Both the position numbers and the translations under genes were made by a program. DNA of 63,145 bases, counting the filler, from Asterionella formosa (taxonomy: Eukaryota), in assembly GCA_002256025.1 (NCBI GenBank). It is 8 parts of 8 records of this genome, joined end to end, with 100 filler letters (N's around TTAATTAATTAA, not from the genome) between each part and the next. Parts side by side here need not be neighbours in the genome. Positions count along the whole stretch, not along the records: positions 1 to 26,401 come from NKIB01001728.1; positions 26,502 to 52,881 come from NKIB01001735.1; 6 more parts are not named here. The stretch is one strand, 5' to 3'. Numbering within the stretch: the first letter of the stretch is position 1; each line of letters opens with the position of its first letter. Below are positions 24,529 to 37,040 of the stretch, in pieces. The notes under the pieces were generated by a model. It saw nothing but the letters and a program-made list of their open reading frames with translations. It did not search any database and was not told the DNA's origin.

Positions 24529-25829
24529 CTAGCTTTGTATGAACAATCTATACAGTCTGATGAAAGAAGAATCGAAATCATTGAATTGAATTGTATTACC
24601 GGTATATTTATATATATATTCTGTTTTCTGTATTCGCCTTATTTTCACAACTAGCATATGTATCCACAATGAAGTTGGACCTGATATAAGAATGACTTGG
24701 AAAGCAAATGAAGGCTCAGTTTTCTTGTTACTACTAGACTTCAGCTTTCCTTTTACTAGACTTCAGCTTTCCTTTGTCATCAATTGGATCCCTGAAAATA
24801 GCTTGTCTCTCCACCTTGACTAATTTGAGATCCAAAAACCACACATTGATCAACTTATCAGTTGTCAGCTTTTTTTGCTAAGTTGTAAGAGTATTTCACT
24901 GACCATGATGGAATTTTTTTGTTTCTCAAGAAGGTCAATGATTTATTTTATTCTACAAGATGGGAGAAAATTCTCAGCCCGAAAAACTTTTGGTTTTATG
25001 TATAGCTGCTGTGTGCACAAAGCAATTTCAAGCACAGTAAAAAACAAAAATATAATGGCAAACAGTTTTCAATGAAGAAAAGTTCGCAGCACATTAGACT
25101 TCAGTGTATATATCCAGTTGCTTGACTTCCGAAAATCAGGTGTCCTGTACCCCTAAATGTACACAGCCATGATTGATTTTACTTGGAAGGGTATTTGACA
25201 ACACTCCTTTTTTGATCTCCAAACAATATGAGAAAACCAATTTCACCACCACCATAGCCTAAAAGAAAAATAGCAACATTAAAGATAGATTGTTCTAGGT
25301 TCAAAGTTTCTATGATCAATAGAATTTTCATTTTTGGTGCACTACTAGCACACTGGAATTTTGTCATGGCTTCCTTATCAATTAATTCCTATAGTGTGTA
25401 CATGTTTATGCCTAATCACACACAACCTTTGCTGTAGTCAAACGTTTGAATTTTCCGGTTGTTTTAGTCTGTTTTTCCTATATGTAAAACTTCTTTTTCG
25501 AGTTTCACCAAAAAATTTAGTGGAGTCTCTCAACAAATACCTATAGTACTTTATGTTACTCCTTGCTTATTTTGGAAAAATCGGCCATTGACATAACCCT
25601 CAAGCATCATTAACTATGATGAAAACACTAGAAACGCTAAATCAATCAATTTTGATTGACAAGGCTGGTGGTGCTTTTGGTAGTGTCGGTGACCTCATAA
25701 ACAGGGTAAATGATAGCAAACTATAGGAAATAATGATTAGCTATTAATAAAAAAATGTCAATTAAATTTTATAGTACGCACATTGAAGTCATCCAATAAT
25801 TGCACTTGGGCCCAAATAAATGGACACAA

Positions 25830-25930
25830 TTAGTACCAGTTTTATTCACCTGCAAAGTACAATGGGACCTGTCTTTTCGACAGCTTCACCCCCTGGAACC
25901 CTAGGGATTACATAAAAAAGACAGGAATGA
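25830..25930 (-). repeat. Dispersed repeat related to 44806-44910
   Basis: Reverse complement CCTGTCTTTT...GGTTCCAGGGG...AAAAGACAGGTC.CATTGTAC matches 44806-44910. Confidence 0.65.
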
Positions 25931-26537
25931 TTAGCTATCATCATATGTTTTGGGGCACTTTGATGATCTGATGGATCATTAGGCCATTTGCTAGTAATTT
26001 TCATTCAATTGATGAATAGAAAGCATCATCTCCAAACAAACCATCTGAGAATCGCATTTGCCACTCCTCCATTGCTACAGCTGCAGATAGAAAGACCCAT
26101 TTGTTGCTTCCCTTGTCCCTGCGGATCTGTTGATTGTTGTGTTGCTTGAAATCTTCGCCACTCGGTTCTTTGTGTAGTTGCCAATGTCCAACTTGAAGGA
26201 TATTTCGACTTCCATTGCGCTCATTCAAATCAATCCATTCCTCGTCATATCATCGTTATCGCTGCTTCCACGTATATGTCAAGAGGCACGGAAAGGGACA
26301 ACTGAGTGAGCTTCGCTCTGATGGACCTGTTGTGCGGAAATTTCCGGTCTCTTGCTTGTCACTTTGCGATTTTCAACTTCTTAATCTCTTGGTGAATCTT
26401 GNNNNNNNNNNNNNNNNNNNNNNNNNNNNNNNNNNNNNNNNNNNNTTAATTAATTAANNNNNNNNNNNNNNNNNNNNNNNNNNNNNNNNNNNNNNNNNNN
26501 NCACACACCTTACCTTTACTCAATAAATCTTAGCAAC

Positions 26538-29500
26538 ATGGCCAATACAGAACACATGTCAGACGAAGCTATGTCTTCCATCTTCGGCCCCCCCAGCAGC
26601 GGATCCCTCAGATCTGGTCACTCAACTCCGATGCCTCAACGAAGCGTGGGCGGGCGACCAGCAGCGTCGGTACTCAGACGAAGCAAACAACCTCAGTCCT
26701 CGCCTATGCAGCACGACCAAGACAAGCTAGAACCCGAGGCGGTATCAAGCAACGAGATACCTATGATTGGCGACGTCAAAGAGCGAGTGCCAACTCGCAC
26801 GGCCATCAATGCGCGCCCAAAGTCAAAGTTTACAATGGAGCGCCAGGGCTTTCCATCACTGTCCAGGCCGATCGGAGCATTTATAAAAACGGGCGCTGTA
26901 GTGGAAGCGTCATCGAAGCGATCGGAACCATTCTTTACTCCAAACGACACTTCGAATGATCCTACCATGTCTCCCAGCGCCATTGACCGAGATGCCGACG
27001 CCTTGCTGAAAAAAATGAGTGGATTAGAAATTAAAGAGACCGTGCAGGAATTGGAGGCGGTTTTGCCAACAGAAATGTTGCTATTTTTGAAAAACCGCAA
27101 GAAGGCCAAGGTTGACCCTGGTTCGGAAAAAAAAGCGACAGTTGAATCCGAACAAACGCAGCAATCTCCGAGCATCACCAACGCAACGCAAAAAAGTGAC
27201 ACAAAAGAAAAGACAAGAATCGCTCAAGTCATGGCCTCTATACAGACCTTGGAAGACTTGGACAAGGCCTATGAAACCGAAATGGGCATTGTTAGTGATT
27301 TTGACACAGCTAGGACGATCATGGATTGGACGCAAGCCTGTAACTTGCTAAGGAGCACGTCAATGCGGCAAGCACTGTGGGCAGCAAAGACTGTGTGTCA
27401 AATGTTGGAGATGGACGTGAGGAATAACAACAACTGTCGAATCGGCAAGTGCACCACTGAGTTACCTTATCCCGCGATCCTTCCTGTATCGCTGCGTTGC
27501 TTGTTGGATACCCCCTCACCTAGTGGGGGACTACTACACACATACGTTTTGAGATCCATATTTGCCTTGCTCCAGCTTCGGGCACCCAGCGATCACGTCG
27601 TTGATGTTCTGTTGTCTAATAAAAGATCGACCATACTATATCAAGAGTGCTTTCTTGATGATGCCATCCCTACCTTGCCTTTTGGTGTTTCTTACCCTAA
27701 GGTAGCAATTACACCCGTCTATTCCAACAGCAAAGGAGATGCAGTCGCTTATTCAACATCATCATCGTCTACATCAGCCACTCAAGATGCCACGGCCTTT
27801 TGGAGTGATCCGATGTGGACCCTGCTCACTAAAATGAAGATGATCCCACGATTAGCACAACTATCGCAAACACCGCAGTTGCCCCGAGAAGCCACGGTAG
27901 CAACATGTGGAATATTGGCCATGATGTCGATTCGATCACCTGGAGCGGCAGCTGCCATTGCACAGCACGAGACATTACTTCCGAGTATCTTGCGACGATC
28001 ATTAATGCCACCCGATGAGGCATCTCTGATGACTGATTATTTGAATCAATACATTGCTGTACCTACTATGGTGTTATTGTGTACAATGGCGAGACAGTCC
28101 CGAGCAGTGGCAGCTGCCATTCCTTTTGATTCAATTGGACCACCAATACTTGCGATGGATAGTTGTTATCCTACCTTAATTCAGTGGACCTTAATTCTGT
28201 GGAGAATATTGTTGCGATATGGGTTAGGATTGAAGCACTTACAGTTCGCCGTGGCGAGATCAGTATTGCACTTGGCTAAAGCTCGGTCTATTGAAAATCC
28301 GCTGGCAGTCGAATTCTTAACCTGCTTTTCTAACGTGTTGGACTCGGTAAAGGTGGCGAAGCACAAGAATACAACAAGCACATATATCTCACTGGATGAC
28401 TGGGGAGTCTTGATGAATGCAGAAGGCTGGTTGATGAGTACATTAAAACAATCAGCAGAAATTCTTGAGACAAGTATGGAACACGGAACTAGGCTAAAGG
28501 CTGCTTGTCTTTCCTTGCTGCAATCTCACGTCTCCATTTATTCCCCCATCGACAACGAGACCAAAATTCAACTTTCTGATTCCTTCAAGGATGAAAGCGT
28601 CTCACTTTTGTATAAATTAAGGGGCTTGAGTGTGGATGGCACCTTGACTGCAGCAATAGAAAAAGTATTTGGTGACGATGTTTATGAAATACGCGACGAA
28701 GCAGCAAGCTCCGCTTTTCTCAGTTCATTTGTGGCTTTGATTACATCACTTTTTTCACTATGGGATTCTTTGGGCTGCACAGGGCAAGGTTTGTTGACAG
28801 AGATTTCGCAGATCCTTGAGTTGAGATTCACCAAAACGCGTAGTCGTTCATATGAGTCTGATCGAGTAAGACAAGGCTGGTTGAATCAATCGAAATTCAG
28901 AATTATACGATTTCTAGTTGATAGGGCCACATGCGATATTTCGTTTCGATCCGCTCGATCGCTGGCATTTGATCTTCTCGGCCAACTTGGTCAAGGTGAC
29001 GAAGCTCAAGCTGCTATTCTATTTAGCAAGGACCATCTGTTCATTCCTTACGCTGGCAGAGCAAACGGAGCTTCCCGTCTGTCCTCAATGTTTATGAGCG
29101 ACTTATGTTCCTCGATTGATGCCAGAAAGCAACTAGACCATAGTTTTAAACTTATACGTGGATTTGGCATCACAACTGATGGTTGGGGTACATTCGCTCT
29201 AAACAGTCTGCTGAGCGAGACAGAACGGGCAGGACCGAAACAAGACGCAGATAATCTTCTTCCACTTGGAAGCCTTTGGCTATGGCAAGTGTTGTCGGGC
29301 TGTGCACGCGATTCCCAGAGTGATGACGAAAATGAAGATAATGCCGCGATTCAAGTCTCGTGCCTTGAACTCATTCTTGACTTGGAATTATCTAGTGACT
29401 CATTTGCAGCTTCTAGGCAACTAGGCTCAAAACTTTACTACCTGACAAACCTGTGTTTGGCAACGGAACTCATTCTTCGCAATGATGATGTGAGTATGAT

Positions 29501-30347
29501 TTCGTCAAAACTAATCGATGTTTATGTTCTTCAACTGGAAAATGAAGACAGCTTTGGATTCGATATGGTGGACGCCTGTTTCAAACACTCTATCGTGCCA
29601 AAATTAGCCGCTGACACAGACGCTGACGCAAGGAAGGTGACCGCATTGTATGAAAGTCTCACTGGAAGTTCCACCGTGCAAGTTCGCGCCTTTGTTGATT
29701 TTGTCTCGGATCTGTGCACCGCATTCATCGAATATGGCGCACAATACGATGTGTTTGTCAAGTGTATTCGAATCTTGTGGAGACCGGAATTTCCCTGTAT
29801 AATACGGATCGAAACATTGACTAGGCTTCGAGACTTGAGCCCTCTTTTGACTCTGCCAGACGAAGTCGAGTCATGGGCAACGTTGGCTGCATTAGCCGTC
29901 GGTTATCTCTTTGATGGCATTCCTGGCGAAGAAGGGGTAAAGTTTGAGTCAGCAGCAATGCTTGACATGGTTGCCACCATATTGAAGACTGATAGTTACA
30001 AGCGAATCGACCCGCAAGCACAGAAAGACTTCTTTCTCCTCGTTGCATGTGCTATGCTGGGACGTTCTTTGTCTGGATCCATTAAGCATTCCTCAAGTTT
30101 GGCACCATCGATGCGGCGCATTGTCGGATTGCCGACTTATCTTGGTAAAATCGTGTGTCAACTCCCACTCATATTCTTGACAAGTTCTACATCTGTCACT
30201 GCAAAAAGTTTGGTGAAGCATACTGTTTCTCTTTTTGAGAAGACCCATGTCGGCACAGAAATTGGAACAGAATTTACGACCGACTATTTTATCAGCGAAC
30301 TAAAATATACTGGGGTCGCCATTGGTTTAAAGGAGCCCTCGTTATAG
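26538..30347 (+). CDS. RPAP1: RNA polymerase II-associated protein 1 (RPAP1/Rba50-like)
   Basis: IGDVKER and SKF..R; RPAP1_N-like IDRDADALLKKMS..EI....EL...LP...L.FLK.R; LLRST..RQ; helical-repeat C-terminus; 1269 aa open frame. Confidence 0.75.
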   Translation: MANTEHMSDEAMSSIFGPPSSGSLRSGHSTPMPQRSVGGRPAASVLRRSKQPQSSPMQHDQDKLEPEAVSSNEIPMIGDVKERVPTRTAINARPKSKFTMERQGFPSLSRPIGAFIKTGAVVEASSKRSEPFFTPNDTSNDPTMSPSAIDRDADALLKKMSGLEIKETVQELEAVLPTEMLLFLKNRKKAKVDPGSEKKATVESEQTQQSPSITNATQKSDTKEKTRIAQVMASIQTLEDLDKAYETEMGIVSDFDTARTIMDWTQACNLLRSTSMRQALWAAKTVCQMLEMDVRNNNNCRIGKCTTELPYPAILPVSLRCLLDTPSPSGGLLHTYVLRSIFALLQLRAPSDHVVDVLLSNKRSTILYQECFLDDAIPTLPFGVSYPKVAITPVYSNSKGDAVAYSTSSSSTSATQDATAFWSDPMWTLLTKMKMIPRLAQLSQTPQLPREATVATCGILAMMSIRSPGAAAAIAQHETLLPSILRRSLMPPDEASLMTDYLNQYIAVPTMVLLCTMARQSRAVAAAIPFDSIGPPILAMDSCYPTLIQWTLILWRILLRYGLGLKHLQFAVARSVLHLAKARSIENPLAVEFLTCFSNVLDSVKVAKHKNTTSTYISLDDWGVLMNAEGWLMSTLKQSAEILETSMEHGTRLKAACLSLLQSHVSIYSPIDNETKIQLSDSFKDESVSLLYKLRGLSVDGTLTAAIEKVFGDDVYEIRDEAASSAFLSSFVALITSLFSLWDSLGCTGQGLLTEISQILELRFTKTRSRSYESDRVRQGWLNQSKFRIIRFLVDRATCDISFRSARSLAFDLLGQLGQGDEAQAAILFSKDHLFIPYAGRANGASRLSSMFMSDLCSSIDARKQLDHSFKLIRGFGITTDGWGTFALNSLLSETERAGPKQDADNLLPLGSLWLWQVLSGCARDSQSDDENEDNAAIQVSCLELILDLELSSDSFAASRQLGSKLYYLTNLCLATELILRNDDVSMISSKLIDVYVLQLENEDSFGFDMVDACFKHSIVPKLAADTDADARKVTALYESLTGSSTVQVRAFVDFVSDLCTAFIEYGAQYDVFVKCIRILWRPEFPCIIRIETLTRLRDLSPLLTLPDEVESWATLAALAVGYLFDGIPGEEGVKFESAAMLDMVATILKTDSYKRIDPQAQKDFFLLVACAMLGRSLSGSIKHSSSLAPSMRRIVGLPTYLGKIVCQLPLIFLTSSTSVTAKSLVKHTVSLFEKTHVGTEIGTEFTTDYFISELKYTGVAIGLKEPSL

Positions 30348-30742
30348 AGAGAAACTTTCCCGTTGATCTTGTCGCAGCAGTCCCAAATGTTATGATTCGT
30401 GTGGAGTGCTGCTCACGTCATACATGGTCGAGTCTACAGCATCTGGAGAAATTTCTGATCATACACACGGCAATACAATATAGCACCTATTCAGGATACC
30501 GACCTGACCATCCAAAACCCTCTACTCTCTATTATAGGCGTCGTCTAACTCGGAATGCGATCTGGAGTTGGAGATTTGTTTGAGTAGAGAAAAAAGTCAA
30601 GTTGTTCGTTGACAGGACAGGAAACTAAGATTTTAATATATTCATGCTGTAGCCTTATACTTGCTAGGACATCCAATCTTTACATCATTATGGGCGTTTT
30701 GTGAGGTAAAGGAAAAGTCGCAACGTAGATGGTTCATTATTA

Positions 30743-31513
30743 TTATGCAGCAGCAGCACTAGATGGCAAGTCAAGAATAAATGAATTCAGAAGCATTCCA
30801 CGTCTCTCCTCAGCCACCATTACATGTGACGATACTGGTAATGAATGAATAAAGGCCGACAAAGTGGAGAAATAAAATCGACTCATGTCATGTTGTCCAA
30901 GGTCATATGCAAGCTTGCCAAGGTTGTTGAGGAGACCAGAAAGAAGTCTGGATACCTCTAAGCACATATGTGAATGCAGAGAAGAAGCTATTTGAAAAGA
31001 CATTTTGTAGAGTTTGAGGGCTTTCTGCTGATTGCGACCCATATGACTGGGGAATTCTAGACTCAACAAGTGGTAGGACAGAGCTGTATTGAACAAGATA
31101 ATGGCACACTTGATTTCATAGTTATTTGAAACCGAGCCTAGCATCGGTATAACCTTCGTAAATACGAAATCATCGGCTAAAAACCTATGTTCGTGAAGCC
31201 TCGCCTCTGTTTTGGAAACGAGCATCTCGTGTTCTGATTGATTTAAACTTTGCAAAGCTAACTTGACGCGATTATCATTGTTGAGGACCTGTTGCAGACC
31301 TCCGCTGTCCAAGCTACCATACATCAACATCTGCAACGACCCCTGAAACATTTGAAGGGATTCCCGCAATCGGCCTCCTTGGTGATGTTGGACACCAAGG
31401 TTGTTGCTGTCAATTGCAAGTCGCATGATCATGATGGGACTGAATTTTTTGTTCGTCATATTGTGTGTAATTTTTGTTGTGTTGAGAAATTTTATGCATT
31501 CGGTATATAACAT
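30743..31513 (-). CDS. Diatom-type TPR-like helical protein
   Basis: NNLGV, AIILFNTALSYHL, KALKLY and LNNLG motifs; C-terminal AAAA; start uncertain. Confidence 0.75.
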   Translation of the reverse strand: MLYTECIKFLNTTKITHNMTNKKFSPIMIMRLAIDSNNLGVQHHQGGRLRESLQMFQGSLQMLMYGSLDSGGLQQVLNNDNRVKLALQSLNQSEHEMLVSKTEARLHEHRFLADDFVFTKVIPMLGSVSNNYEIKCAIILFNTALSYHLLSLEFPSHMGRNQQKALKLYKMSFQIASSLHSHMCLEVSRLLSGLLNNLGKLAYDLGQHDMSRFYFSTLSAFIHSLPVSSHVMVAEERRGMLLNSFILDLPSSAAAA

Positions 31514-33763
31514 TTAGAATCAATCAACCAGAAGGAACGAGAAGCCTGGTATGGTCATGTCCACAGGTAGAGAAAAGACAGCTTGTTTGTACGATATAAC
31601 TCATATACACCAAGGAAGACATGCTCTTTCTAGAAAGGACAATTTACACAATTGCTTTTGCTACGGCAAATTACAAATTGCCCTGTTCGCTACGGAGCAC
31701 TCCGTACTACAGAATACAGCATAAACACATAGAATACAACAGTACCTGGTACCATGTACCAAAACATGATTAGGTATGCTGTATATAGAAAACATATCAT
31801 ACGTTTAAGAATTATTGTACCCTTGGCTTTTGTGTAGAACAAGCGACAAGGAACAATTGTGTCAAATCATTTTGACGAATCAAACTTGCTTCTTTCCAGG
31901 CATATGTTAGCTATGTAAATTCCACACATGATGTATACCGTGCTTCATTGTTGTCGTGTACGCCCAATTTACACCGCCGTGACTGAATTTGACTGATTTT
32001 ACGTATGGGGGTCCAGGACTATGATGAGATTTCCCTTACACTACCGGTAGACTTTTGTAAATTTTATTGGTTCTACAGGAAGAGCAGCAAACTAACAATA
32101 TTTTAATTTGTCTGTCGACCACAATTATTGTTTCACAACATACAACTATAACTTATATGAATGAGCAAAGCAAAAGGGAAACGCTATGGAAACACAAATA
32201 TTGTTGTCATATCTATCAAAACTATATTTACTTTGTATGACTAGTACTACTTGTGAAACAATCGCTGACCAGCATGCTGATATAGGGGTGAATAAAATTT
32301 TAGAATGCGTTAAACTAAGCTAATAATTGCACCAGTGACCATGGGACACAAAAGAAAGAATGGAGGTGAGAAATGCTAGGGAGGCCGGTAGGGAGCCCTT
32401 GGACATCATCCTTCAAAGATCTCCCATCAACAAGCTACTAGGTGGAACTGAGCTCCTTCTCCAATATCTTGAGCTGTTCCTGGATTGTTCGCTCGAAGGG
32501 CCGTTTCCACCGTCTTTATCTAGAGTAGCTTTTGTGATATGATATGACTTGATTTTCGAGTCTGACAAGAAGGAAAGTGAAAGAGAAACCTATACAATAT
32601 TTTTTGCTATTACATTCTGTCGCAAATGCGTAGAAACAAATCTTTTTCATTGTATTCCACATCAGCGGCGTCAAAATCAACTTAATCCTCGTGAGAAAAT
32701 GAAGGAGGACATCAAACAAATTGATGATTCATTGCGGAAATTAACCATTGTTCATACAACAAACAGTATGTATGAACTTTTCGAACGAGTTGACACAAAC
32801 CTGACCGAACTGTTTGTTTTCGATGGAATTCTCACTGGATCGAAATTGAATTTCTCTTTCCATGTGAATTATTATTCTTCGTCAAGGTGATACTTTGTTG
32901 TCAAACAAAGCTCGACTAAAGTTGAATTGATTGTTTACATAACCTGTCAGCTAACCCAACATTAGTTTTTGCTTTGCCTCCAGACCATATGAATTCTTCT
33001 TCATTGTGACCATAGATTTTATCCAATAACTCAAAACATAACAATGCTGGTCCTTGTTCATACAAATTGTTCTTCATGCATGATGACCTAATTACCTAGC
33101 AAATCAAAACAGTAAATTTGGACTTTTTGGATTTCTTGGTGCCAGTTAAATCTTAACAGGCCAAATTTTTTTGATCTGAATTGCTATTCATTGTCATGAT
33201 GTGAGATCATATCCAACACCACCTCGAAATAGCATGACATTGGCACTGCTAGCTAACTNNNNNNNNNNNNNNNNNNNNNNNNNNNNNNNNNNNNNNNNNN
33301 NNNNNNNNNNNNNNNNNNNNNNNNNNNNNNNNNNNNNNNNNNNNNNNNNNNNNNNNNNNNNNNNNNNNNNNNNNNNNNNNNNNNNNNNNNNNNNNNNNNN
33401 NNNNNNTTTGTAAAGTGTACAATAGGTGCCGGGTGAACCGTACAAATCCATGCACGATTTCATACATGCATTGTGTATTTTGTTTATTATTATTTGTTGC
33501 CGTATTTCGACATCAAGTATGGCATACGAACGGATTCTGGATTCCGTCCTGTGGAACACTCGTGTGTAGAATTCATTGTATGTAGCCTGTTCATATCTCA
33601 CCTACATAAATGTCGAAGTGTCCGGTAAAACTGCAATGCTGGAACTCATCATCATACCAGACAAAGGCGCTGGAGTCATATAACACCCCACAACTTCTGC
33701 CATTGCAACCCCCGCCCTAGCGTTTGCCTCCATCTCCTCCTTCTCTCCAGCAAGTACAGCGAC

Positions 33764-36700
33764 ATGTCCGAAACCGCCTCTATGGAAGCCGTGGCCACTG
33801 CCGAAGGTACGGAGCTACAGTCAAATCACAGTTCGCGGTTGCAATGACCCGGCGCCATGGCAGGGACAGTGCTACTGTAAACTCAGACACGCCTCATTGG
33901 TGCTCAATCGGCCTGGATAACTCGCTGACTCACTCACTCGCGTCACTTCCGTTACAGTCGACGAAAAGCTTTATTCACGTCAACTCTACGTCATGGGCCA
34001 CGAAGCACAGCGGCGAATGATGATATCGAAGGTCCTGCTTATTGGCATGTCTGGCTTGGGTGCCGAAGTCGCCAAGAACTGCTGCTTGGCCGGCCTACAG
34101 TCCCTGGTACTGTGCGATCCGAGTGAGGTGGAATCCTTTGATCTGGGTGGGAACTTCTATCTGCCGCAAGGACATGCACCTGGTGGACGCGCGTCGTTGG
34201 TCAAGAACCCCTTGTCGCAATTGAATCCATACGTACAAGTTTCCTGTGCAGACGTTGACTCTTTGACTGTCGAACACCTTCTGCCATTGGTGCACGGCAT
34301 GACGTGCGTCGTCGTTACCATTCCTCTACCTCACGCCGTTTTGGTGGCGCTCAATGACAAGTGCCGAGAACTCAACTGTTGCTTCATTTATTCCCTCGTC
34401 ACTGGAGTCTTTAGCTCCGTCTTTTGCGACTTCGGAAATCAATTCGTCGTGTCCGACAAGGATGGCAATCCACCCGCTACCTGTCAAATCGAACACATTT
34501 TGCCAGCCAATCCTGCTGTGGTCAAAGTTTTGGAAGATCAAGGACGACATGGATTGGAAACTGGGGACTTCGTCACCTTCGCACGTCTCAAGGGAATTCC
34601 ACAATTGACCGAGGGCATTCCCATCCAGGTCAATGTCACTGGACCCTACACCTTTGAATTGGTGGGACAAGACTGGTCAAACGAACCCGTATCGTCTCAT
34701 CAACAGGGATTCATTACTCAAGTCAAGACACCCGTCACCCTTTCGTTCCAATCGTACGAACAAGCCCTGGCAACACCTGGAGACTTTATGCTGACGGATT
34801 TTGCAAAATTCGATCGCCCGCCCTTGCTTCACTTGGCCTACAAGGCTTTGGCACAGTATCGGGAGACCAACGGTGACTACCCTTCACCAGGAGATGCCAC
34901 AGCGGCGGAAGGCGTTTATAATTTAGCGAAATCCATGGATGTCGATGGTATCTTGGAAGGGGACAACGCCGCTACCAAGCGTATCATTTTACAGCTGGCG
35001 TCTGGGAGTAAAGCCATTTTGTCTCCAATGTGTGCCGCCATTGGCGGAATTGTCGGACAAGAAGTCTTGAAGGCTTGTTCTGGAAAGTTCACTCCGATTC
35101 CAGGATTCCTCTATTTTGATGCCGACGAATGTTTGCCAGACGAGTTGTTGCCCATGGAGGAAGTGGCACCTGCCAACTCGCGATACGACTCTCAAATTGC
35201 TGTCTTTGGGAAAACCATGCAAGAGAAGTTGCTGAATTTGCGCTATTTCTTAATTGGTGCTGGTGCTATTGGATGTGAAATGTTGAAAAATTGGGCACTC
35301 ATGGGAGTAGGATGTGGCGACCAGGGACATGTCTACGTAACGGATATGGACAGAATTGAAAAATCCAATTTGTCTCGACAATTTCTATTCCGATCTACCG
35401 ACATTGACAAGTTCAAATCCACATGTGCCGGAAGTGCGACCAGGACAATGAATTCGTCGATCAACATTACGGCCTATCAAGAAAAGGTGGCAGCCGAAAC
35501 TGAACATTTGTTTGGAGATGACTTTTATGATACACTGAGTGGGGTGTGTACTGCCTTGGACAATGTGGAAGCTCGCTTGTACGTTGATCAACGATGCTTA
35601 TTTTACCAACTCCCAATGTTAGAAAGTGGTACCTTGGGAACCAAGGGGAATACACAAGTCGTAGTCCCTGGTTTGACCGAAAATTATGGCGCCACTCGTG
35701 ATCCACCAGAAAAGTCAATTCCAGTGTGTACATTGAAAAATTTCCCAAACCAAATTCAGCACACGTTGCAATGGGCACGTGATTACTTTGAAGGTGAATT
35801 CAAGCAATCGGCTGAGGAAGTTAATTCATTTTTGAGTTCAACTCCAGATGCCTATTTGGAATCGCTGCAACCTAATTCTAAATTGGACACCCTCAAGATT
35901 CTTCAAACAACCTTGGTCGAAGAACGTCCGGTCACCTTTGAAGATTGTGTCGTTTGGGCTCGATTGAAATATGAAACTTTGTTTCATGATCAAATTAGCC
36001 AATTGCTTCACAACTTTCCACCAGATCAATTAACGGCGTCTGGGACCAAGTTTTGGTCTGGTTCCAAACGTTGTCCTACTGTGTTGACTTTTGATTTGGA
36101 TCATGTTTGTGACGACGCTCAGATGAGAAATGACTTTGACTTTGTCGTTGCCGCGTCTAATTTGCGTGCCAGCATGTATGGTATTGTGGGACGCACGGAC
36201 GAAGCCTACTTTCGTGAGGCACTCAAAAATGTCATTGTTCCAGATTTTGTCCCACAGTCGGGAGTCAAGATCGCTGCCAGTGATGCCGAAGAAGAAAAGA
36301 ATACTACTGCGGCCATGGATACTGGTGAAAGTGAATGGGAAGAAATCTGGAATTCTCTACCCAAACCAGGTGAATTGGCAGGCTTTAAACTCAATCCTAT
36401 TGAATTCGACAAGGATATTGATGATCACATGTTGTTTGTGACGGCATGTTCCAATTGCCGGGCTCTCAATTATCAAATCCCTACCGAAGATACTCATCGA
36501 TCTCGTGCCATTGCTGGGCGCATTATTCCTGCCATTGCCACCACCACGGCTTTAGTGACTGGTCTCGTTTGTTTGGAACTGTACAAGATTGTCGGAACGC
36601 CCCGCAAAGATCCCGCGATCGAAGCCTTTAAAAATGGATTCATCAATTTGGCTATCCCCTTCATGACTCTCAGTGAACCTACCCCACCTGCTAAAACCAT

Positions 36701-37040
36701 GGCCATGTTGCAGGGCAAGGAATGGAATTGGACGGCATGGGATTCGTTGGACATGAATTTGGGTGATATTACCATGGGAGAATTTATGGATCACTTTGAA
36801 TCAGAATATAATTTGGAAATATCCATGTTATCCCATGGTGTGTCCATTTTGTATTCCTTCTTCGCTAACAAGAAAAAGGTGGAAGAACGACGTGCTATGA
36901 AAATGACTGAAGTCATTGCAAGTATTACCAGGAAGGAATTTCCTCCCAACCAACTGTTTTTGACTTTGGAGGTCATTGCGAATGATAAGGATACCGACGA
37001 GGAAGTGGAACTGCCTTACATCAAATTCAGGTTCCGTTAA
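33764..37040 (+). CDS. UBA1: Ubiquitin-activating enzyme E1, 2 exons (33764-33806, 33958-37040)
   Basis: Splicing the 33807-33957 intron restores VDEKLYSRQLYVMGH; GAGAIGCE, SNLSRQFLF, catalytic PVCTLKNFP, IIPAIATTT, UFD. Confidence 0.97.

Noticed and set aside
24731..24775. 22 bp tandem duplication TACTAGACTTCAGCTTTCCTTT
   Set aside because: Ordinary local slippage
26446..26457. TTAATTAATTAA inside N-runs (also near 52926, 54638, 56349, 58059, 59769, 61479)
   Set aside because: Artificial six-frame-stop scaffolding linker, not biological
32270..33250. Short ORFs upstream of the TPR-like gene
   Set aside because: Fragmented and AT-rich; cannot be assigned
4167..37040. PI31 and UBA1 as a proteostasis gene cluster
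   Set aside because: 28 kb apart with unrelated genes between them; no evidence of linkage
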